Source of the DNA: a virus
Lineage: Duplodnaviria > Caudoviricetes
Length of the DNA: 40,866 nucleotides
Virus record (IMG/VR): IMGVR_UViG_3300031949_000831
Location: 1-40,866 of that record
Direction: 5' to 3' (one strand)
How positions within the stretch are numbered: the stretch's first letter is position 1; each line of letters starts with the position of its first letter. Positions 36,980 through 40,866 of this stretch are shown one piece after another. A model generated the notes under the pieces. That model had not been told where the DNA came from and made no database searches. It saw only the letters and a program-made list of their open reading frames with translations. The translations under genes and the position numbers were made by a program.

Positions 36980-37549
36980 TTAATTTAAATCAATCTGTTT
37001 CCACTCTTTAGGTAGAATGCAACGTTTTACACCATCACGAAACCACCTATCCTCGCGGGGGGCAATTACTTGACGAGCGGGATTCGGGCAAAGATAAGCC
37101 GCCCACCAACTAAAAGAACTGTTGGCTATAACTTGGGCTTCACAAGAAGCCAACATATTCATATCTTCAACATCTGTTTGACCCTCTATGATCTGAAATT
37201 TTTTAGAATCAGAGAATTTTTGCTTACACCATATGGGGTCGTCAGAAAATACCAAAAACTCCCTGTCTGGGAAAAAGGCGATAGCGTTGTCGTAGTAGCT
37301 AGTGGCCGATAGATCAGTATGAAAAGAATTATCAACATAATCTCCGCGCCGGACGTGAATGCCAACTTGAGGAAGATAACCTATACCCTCGCCAAAGATA
37401 GCTTTTATTTCCTTGACGTATTTTTTAAAAAACTTCTCATTTTGGACATAAATGTCGGGAATCTGCTGACGTCGAGCTTGGGCGTATAAATATGCGTATT
37501 GAAACATTGAATTACCCAAACGCCCTGCTAGTTTCCACATCGGGATCAT
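36980..37549 (-). CDS. GT11 alpha-1,2-fucosyltransferase-like
   Basis: GRLGNSMFQYA, HVRRGDY, VFSDD, IANSSFSWWAAYL. Start re-called to ATG 37549. Confidence 0.92.
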   Translation of the reverse strand: MIPMWKLAGRLGNSMFQYAYLYAQARRQQIPDIYVQNEKFFKKYVKEIKAIFGEGIGYLPQVGIHVRRGDYVDNSFHTDLSATSYYDNAIAFFPDREFLVFSDDPIWCKQKFSDSKKFQIIEGQTDVEDMNMLASCEAQVIANSSFSWWAAYLCPNPARQVIAPREDRWFRDGVKRCILPKEWKQIDLN

Positions 37550-37555
37550 AATTCC

Positions 37556-37600
37556 ATTATAACCCAAACGTTTTAATAATGGAGCCAAAGATGTGGAAAA
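37556..37600 (-). promoter_or_regulatory. Glycan-operon promoter (leaderless type) with DnaA-box-like 9-mer
   Basis: TATAAT 37561-37556, 6 nt before ATG 37549; TGTGGAAAA at 37592-37600. Confidence 0.6.
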
Positions 37601-37608
37601 CTTTTATT

Positions 37609-37812
37609 TTACCCTTTATCCTTCCCAGGCTCCGCTGGCGGATGATAAAAAACGTCTACTTCCTGCCGTAATTTTTCATAATCTTCCGGTTTCAACAAAT
37701 CATAAAGCGGTCTGTCTTTATTAAAAACCAACCATACCATCCACAAACCAAAGAATAATAAAACAATTAAAACGATCGCGGTTATAAACAAGCTAAAATA
37801 ATTTTTTTTCAT
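37609..37812 (-). CDS. Small single-TM membrane protein
   Basis: MKKNYFSLFITAIVLIVLLFFGLWMVWLVF hydrophobic helix. Confidence 0.7.
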   Translation of the reverse strand: MKKNYFSLFITAIVLIVLLFFGLWMVWLVFNKDRPLYDLLKPEDYEKLRQEVDVFYHPPAEPGKDKG

Positions 37813-37978
37813 AATTCTCTAACATCGGCGGGGTGAGAGTGAGGCGAAACGGCGTAAAAGCGTTAAAATTAATGTTTTTGGGTTTAATTGTAAGTAGTTG
37901 AAGAACTATCCGCCCGCTCTTGCGAGCATCTTGGTGGCTTAAATTGCCTGATAAACCCCGCCGGTGTTAAAGAACTAT
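37810..37978 (-). ncRNA. Structured element bounded by a 24-bp imperfect inverted repeat
   Basis: 37811-37834 pairs with 37955-37978 (two G-U and one mismatch on minus); internal GCUC-GCAA-GAGC; the 3' arm includes the ATG of the 37812 gene. Confidence 0.6.
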
Positions 37979-38109
37979 CTTTTGGCTTTTACGTAGGGAG
38001 CGTGCGGTGTGCCGTAACCACCTTTGGGATAATCTGGCCGTGATTTTCTTTCGTTATATTGTTTCCGTTTTTCCGCGTGGCTCCAGTTTTTATGCTTGGC
38101 TCTCCCCAT
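37975..38109 (-). CDS. Small basic protein (44 aa)
   Basis: MGRAKHKNWSHAEKRKQYNERKSRPDYPKGGYGTPHAPYVKAKR; TGGTATAAT 6 nt upstream. Confidence 0.6.
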   Translation of the reverse strand: MGRAKHKNWSHAEKRKQYNERKSRPDYPKGGYGTPHAPYVKAKR

Positions 38110-38114
38110 TTGGG

Positions 38115-38131
38115 TATTATACCACAATTTT
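38115..38131 (-). promoter_or_regulatory. Extended -10 promoter; 17-mer duplicated at 38357-38373
   Basis: AAAATTGTGGTATAATA at both sites. Confidence 0.7.
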
Positions 38132-38350
38132 AATAATGTTCTCACGTGGTATTACAATCAATCCTCGCCACTCATCTTCCTCCATTTTGTCCCTAGCAAT
38201 TTTAACACAATCCTTGTCTTCAGAAACCAAGAAACCGCTCGTTTTGATAATAGCCACTTTTGTACTTGTAGAAACGCCCTGGTGTGAATAAATGTTACTA
38301 TCCCGCCAAGTTACCAAAGCCATCAGTTTCTTGTTTCCGCGGCCAAACAT
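38117..38350 (-). CDS. Small beta-barrel phage protein
   Basis: VTWRDS...TSGFLV.ED...V.IA...IP...I pattern common in phage proteins. Start re-called to ATG 38350. Confidence 0.7.
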   Translation of the reverse strand: MFGRGNKKLMALVTWRDSNIYSHQGVSTSTKVAIIKTSGFLVSEDKDCVKIARDKMEEDEWRGLIVIPRENIIKIVV

Positions 38351-38356
38351 TGTTTT

Positions 38357-38397
38357 TATTATACCACAATTTTTATCATTAAGGTTAGTTATCCACA
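38357..38397 (-). promoter_or_regulatory. Extended -10 promoter with perfect DnaA box
   Basis: TGGTATAAT 38366-38358; TTATCCACA at 38389-38397. Confidence 0.7.
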
Positions 38398-38430
38398 AAA
38401 GAGAGTCCCTAGGGGGGTGGCTAGGGACTC
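38397..38430 (-). terminator. Intrinsic terminator
   Basis: Perfect 10-bp stem GAGTCCCTAG/CTAGGGACTC followed by TCTTTT on minus. Confidence 0.7.
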
Positions 38431-38465
38431 CGTGGGTGGGGCTGGGCGGCCCCTTGAGGAGAGAG

Positions 38466-38669
38466 CTATTTTTTTTGTTCCCGCAAAATACTGCGACAGA
38501 ATTTCCTGACTTTCCGATGAATAAAGTCCTCGACTAGCCATTGACGATGAAAGTATCTGGCTTCGTCCGCGGCTTTGTCGGAGTTTTTACCCTCGGAAAA
38601 GGCGGCCAGAAAAATCTTAAATGGCGGTTGCCTGACGACCCTGCTTGTTTCCAGTATCAAGTCTACCAT
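38466..38669 (-). CDS. Hypothetical protein
   Basis: ORF between the 38877 gene and the terminator; GGAG upstream. Confidence 0.5.
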   Translation of the reverse strand: MVDLILETSRVVRQPPFKIFLAAFSEGKNSDKAADEARYFHRQWLVEDFIHRKVRKFCRSILREQKK

Positions 38670-38877
38670 CGTTCGGCTCCTTTGGCACTGACCGGAACAG
38701 ACCGGTCATCGCTCGCTCCAAAATAAGAGAGGCGGACGGGGCAAGAGTGAGAATTGTCCCCACCACCAGCTTGATCTCCGCAAGCTCGATGGACTTTAAT
38801 TTACTTGCCTCCGCCGCCAACTCTCTGATTCTCAACTCCAACTCCTCCAACTGTTTAATCAGTTTGTCGGTGTCCAT
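38617..38877 (-). CDS. Hypothetical coiled-coil protein
   Basis: AGGAG RBS and TGGTATAAT (38919-38911) upstream. Confidence 0.65.
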   Translation of the reverse strand: MDTDKLIKQLEELELRIRELAAEASKLKSIELAEIKLVVGTILTLAPSASLILERAMTGLFRSVPKEPNDGRLDTGNKQGRQATAI

Positions 38878-39047
38878 TCGCTCTCTCCTGTAAAAGAACT
38901 AACCTAACTTATTATACCACTCTTTTTATGGGTTGGTATTCAACTTAATCAATAATCTCAATTTTCAACCACTATCACGCTATCACCCGTCAACCCTAAG
39001 AGTGGTTTGTTTTCATTGTTTTTGTGGAGGTTTGGGGTGTTTGGGGG

Positions 39048-39413
39048 TCATAGTTTTTCTAAACTAACTGATAAGAATGCTTTAAGGTCGGTAATCGCTT
39101 GGTTGTAGCCATATTCATAAGGATAATGTTCTGGCGTCAACGGTTTAGATGTAAATTTTGGATTGTTTCCTATGCTCGTGGTTCCAATAGTATTGGAAGG
39201 GTCGGAATAAATTTGATAATCAACAACTTTCTTCATCCCCTCCACCTCCGCCAGCACCGCTTCTAGGTCTTGGTGGCGGATTTTGGAGATGAAGGATTCA
39301 GTATCAAGTAGTGTCATTTTTAGTCCAGTATGTAAATTGTGATAGAGAAGGTCTTCCAAAAAGTCCCTCTCAAACAATTCCTCGCACTGTTGTTTGGTAA
39401 GTAGGGGGGTCAT
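39048..39413 (-). CDS. Hypothetical phage protein
   Basis: GYNQAITD C-terminal motif common in small phage early proteins. Confidence 0.7.
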   Translation of the reverse strand: MTPLLTKQQCEELFERDFLEDLLYHNLHTGLKMTLLDTESFISKIRHQDLEAVLAEVEGMKKVVDYQIYSDPSNTIGTTSIGNNPKFTSKPLTPEHYPYEYGYNQAITDLKAFLSVSLEKL

Positions 39414-39568
39414 ATAATTTTATTGTTAATTGGTGGCATAGAGTTTTGGCGAGCGTTTTCATTACATTGAGGGCAAGCTGTCGGGTCAAAATCCACAGCG
39501 TAATCAGTCGTGGTTTTTGGGTCATTGAAGAATGGGTTGCCACAAAGTGTGCATTTTTGTATTTTCAT
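39410..39568 (-). CDS. Zinc-ribbon protein (52 aa)
   Basis: CTLC...CPQC; ATGA overlaps on both sides. Not in the ORF track. Confidence 0.7.
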   Translation of the reverse strand: MKIQKCTLCGNPFFNDPKTTTDYAVDFDPTACPQCNENARQNSMPPINNKII

Positions 39569-39777
39569 ATTTTATTTTTATAAACCTCACTCACCTGTCC
39601 TTGGGGTCTTGTGTTAATCACCTTGCCCTCGGCCCGGAGGCGACTGATGTGATAATAAATACCTTGGGGCGAAATCCCGTAAAGTTTGGCCACGGCGTTT
39701 ATGGACAGCTTTTGTTTGTTGATGAGAGTGGGGATGGCGAGGACTTGCTCTTTGCTTAGTTTGTCGGTGGATTTCAT
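39565..39777 (-). CDS. Helix-turn-helix DNA-binding protein
   Basis: LSINAVAKLYGISPQGIYYHISRL HTH pattern. Confidence 0.8.
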   Translation of the reverse strand: MKSTDKLSKEQVLAIPTLINKQKLSINAVAKLYGISPQGIYYHISRLRAEGKVINTRPQGQVSEVYKNKI

Positions 39778-39917
39778 AGAATTAAAATTTTGACTTGTTT
39801 TAAGTTTTCACCCCATTGTTTCGCATATTTTTCCGCAACTTTTCTATTCCAATAAATAGGCATTTGTGCAGTATGACAACTTATGCCGTTCCTCCCGTTA
39901 GATAACGCCCAGCCCAT
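39774..39917 (-). CDS. Small hypothetical protein (47 aa; possibly 5'-truncated)
   Basis: MGWALSNGRNGISCHTAQMPIYWNRKVAEKYAKQW...; ATGA-coupled to the HTH gene; frame stays open upstream to TAA 39962-39960. Confidence 0.5.
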   Translation of the reverse strand: MGWALSNGRNGISCHTAQMPIYWNRKVAEKYAKQWGENLKQVKILIL

Positions 39918-39959
39918 AATAACTTTATTTACCCTGCCAACATTTTTAGGGGATAACTT

Positions 39960-40157
39960 TTACCCACTCCTACTCCTACTCCAACTCCCACTCCCACTCC
40001 CACTCCAACTCCCACTCCTACTCCAACTCCCACTCCCACTCCAACTCCTACTCCCACTCCTACTCCTACTCCCACTCCTACTCCAACTCCCACTCCTACT
40101 CCCACTCCTACTCCCACTCCAACTCCAGACAGAACCTAAAAAGGTTACAACAATCAT
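39960..40157 (-). CDS. Ser-[Gly/Arg/Trp] repeat peptide, 27-unit allele
   Basis: ATG overlaps the partner gene stop (ATGA 40157-40154); TAA directly follows the repeat tract. Confidence 0.65.
   Translation of the reverse strand: MIVVTFLGSVWSWSGSRSGSRSGSWSRSGSRSRSGSRSWSGSGSWSRSGSWSGSGSGSWSRSRSG
39963..40127 (-). repeat. (GGAGTN)27 hexamer tract, N = G/A/T
   Basis: Read directly from sequence. Confidence 0.97.
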
Positions 40158-40423
40158 TTTTGTTCAGTTGGTAGTGGATGTGCCCAGGGAAAGAAATCAA
40201 CCACCGTGTTCAGATTTACAAACATCTCGCCAACGGGCTCAACTTCATTCAAGGAACCCTCCTTAATAGCGTTCATAAACCGTCCACTATCGGCAACCCA
40301 AGAAGCGTTAGCCAGTCTAACGAAATTGCCCATTACTTCTTTAACTTCACCAACTATGTGAAAAGTAACAGCCCGGAAGAAGTATTTACCACCTACTAAA
40401 AAATCATATTTACTTGTTTTCAT
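40154..40423 (-). CDS. Small beta-rich protein (89 aa; SH3/Sm-like, possibly DUF6948-related)
   Basis: MKTSK...GKYFFRAVTFHIVGEV...LANASWVADSGRF...LNEVEP; start re-called to ATG 40423. Family name is from memory and unverified. Confidence 0.7.
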   Translation of the reverse strand: MKTSKYDFLVGGKYFFRAVTFHIVGEVKEVMGNFVRLANASWVADSGRFMNAIKEGSLNEVEPVGEMFVNLNTVVDFFPWAHPLPTEQK

Positions 40424-40444
40424 ATTTTTTCTACTAACCTCTAT

Positions 40445-40497
40445 CCTAACAGATACTAAAGATAACACAAGGAGCAAAAGGGATTAACAGGGGATAA
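40445..40497 (-). promoter_or_regulatory. Putative cassette promoter
   Basis: TGTTAGGAT extended -10 about 20 nt upstream of ATG 40423; degenerate DnaA-box-like TTATCCCCT at 40497-40489. Confidence 0.4.
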
Positions 40498-40500
40498 CTT

Positions 40501-40812
40501 TTACCCACTCCTACTCCTACTCCAACTCCCACTCCCACTCCCACTCCCACTCCCACTCCCACTCCTACTCCAACTCCCACTCCCACTCCCACTCCAACTC
40601 CCACTCCTACTCCTACTCCTACTCCCACTCCCACTCCAACTCCCACTCCTACTCCTACTCCCACTCCCACTCCAACTCCCACTCCCACTCCCACTCCAAC
40701 TCCCACTCCTACTCCTACTCCTACTCCCACTCCTACTCCTACTCCCACTCCTACTCCCACTCCTACTCCCACTCCAACTCCAGACAGAACCTAAAAAGGT
40801 TACAACAATCAT
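40501..40812 (-). CDS. Ser-[Gly/Arg/Trp] repeat peptide, 46-unit allele
   Basis: Same N-terminus ([11 protein letters not shown]) and same end (WSRSRSG-stop) as 39960-40157, with a different tract. Confidence 0.6.
   Translation of the reverse strand: MIVVTFLGSVWSWSGSRSGSRSGSRSRSGSRSRSRSGSWSGSGSGSWSGSGSRSRSGSWSGSGSRSRSRSGSWSGSGSGSWSRSGSGSGSGSGSGSWSRSRSG
40504..40782 (-). repeat. (GGAGTN)46 hexamer tract
   Basis: Read directly from sequence. Confidence 0.95.
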
Positions 40813-40866
40813 TTTTGTTCAGTTGGTAGTGGATGTGCCCAGGGAAAGAAATCAACCACCGTGTTC
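40741..40866. repeat. Exact duplicate of 40086-40211 (3' end of a second cassette copy)
   Basis: 126-bp identity at an offset of 655 bp, running to the contig end. Confidence 0.95.

Larger units (their letters stand above)
1..40420 (-). mobile_element. Complete or near-complete circular tailed bacteriophage genome (podovirus-like)
   Basis: TerS-TerL-portal-scaffold-MCP-tail-lysis gene order, no tape measure gene, single-strand coding, and 1-127 identical to 40421-40547. Confidence 0.92.

Noticed and set aside
27284-37549. DNA hypermodification (T4-like glucosylation) as the role of the GT cluster
   Set aside because: No hydroxymethylase, TET/JBP, nucleotide kinase or phage DNA polymerase recognised, and the GT families are glycan-chain types. 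Disfavoured rather than excluded.
1035-38893. Numerous other plus-strand ORFs of 60-135 aa in the ORF track
   Set aside because: Antisense to well-supported minus-strand genes, with no motifs or expression signals.
39929-40772. Poly-(Gly-Val) ORFs (39929-40117, 40446-40772) and the plus-strand Leu/Pro ORF 39883-40266
   Set aside because: Alternative frames of the hexamer tract. The GV frame has a TAG just upstream and only internal GTG starts, whereas the Ser frame has a coupled ATG and an immediate stop.
39963-40782. CRISPR array or diversity-generating retroelement
   Set aside because: No repeat-spacer alternation, no cas genes and no reverse transcriptase; variation is in hexamer order, not adenine-specific substitution between a template and a variable repeat.
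1-40866. Stop-codon reassignment (code 25 or code 15)
   Set aside because: Long genes are intact in the standard code, and TGA, TAG and TAA all end genes at tight junctions.

Overview
The window is an essentially complete, circularly assembled ~40.4-41.1 kb tailed-phage genome with podovirus-like (P22/N4-type) gene content. Bases 1-127 are identical to 40421-40547. Nearly every real gene is on the minus strand. The modules are replication/recombination (0.1-4.7 kb), lysis (5.2-7.1 kb), tail and virion proteins (7.1-19.1 kb), head and packaging (19.2-27.1 kb), a 10.3-kb glycan-biosynthesis operon (27.3-37.6 kb) and early/accessory genes (37.6-40.9 kb). I recognise no integrase, DNA polymerase, tRNA or CRISPR array. 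Promoter style and protein motifs tentatively suggest a Patescibacteria (CPR)-like host. Four things stand out. (1) A quarter of the genome encodes a 12-gene glycosylation pathway, including an adjacent GT11+GT6 (H/A blood-group-type) pair and an amino-dideoxysugar pathway, in a phage whose fibre-like proteins are Ser/Thr-rich and carry signal peptides. (2) A tandemly amplified two-gene cassette pairs a small beta-rich protein with a Ser-[Gly/Arg/Trp] repeat peptide; its (GGAGTN)n tract differs in length and letter order between copies (46 and 27 units, plus an 8-unit remnant). (3) There are several unannotated structured RNAs: three long-stem leaders that close on start codons and two stand-alone ncRNA candidates. 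(4) DnaA-box-like 9-mers and leaderless-type promoters recur at the transcription starts. All family calls come from motif recognition by eye, not database searches.
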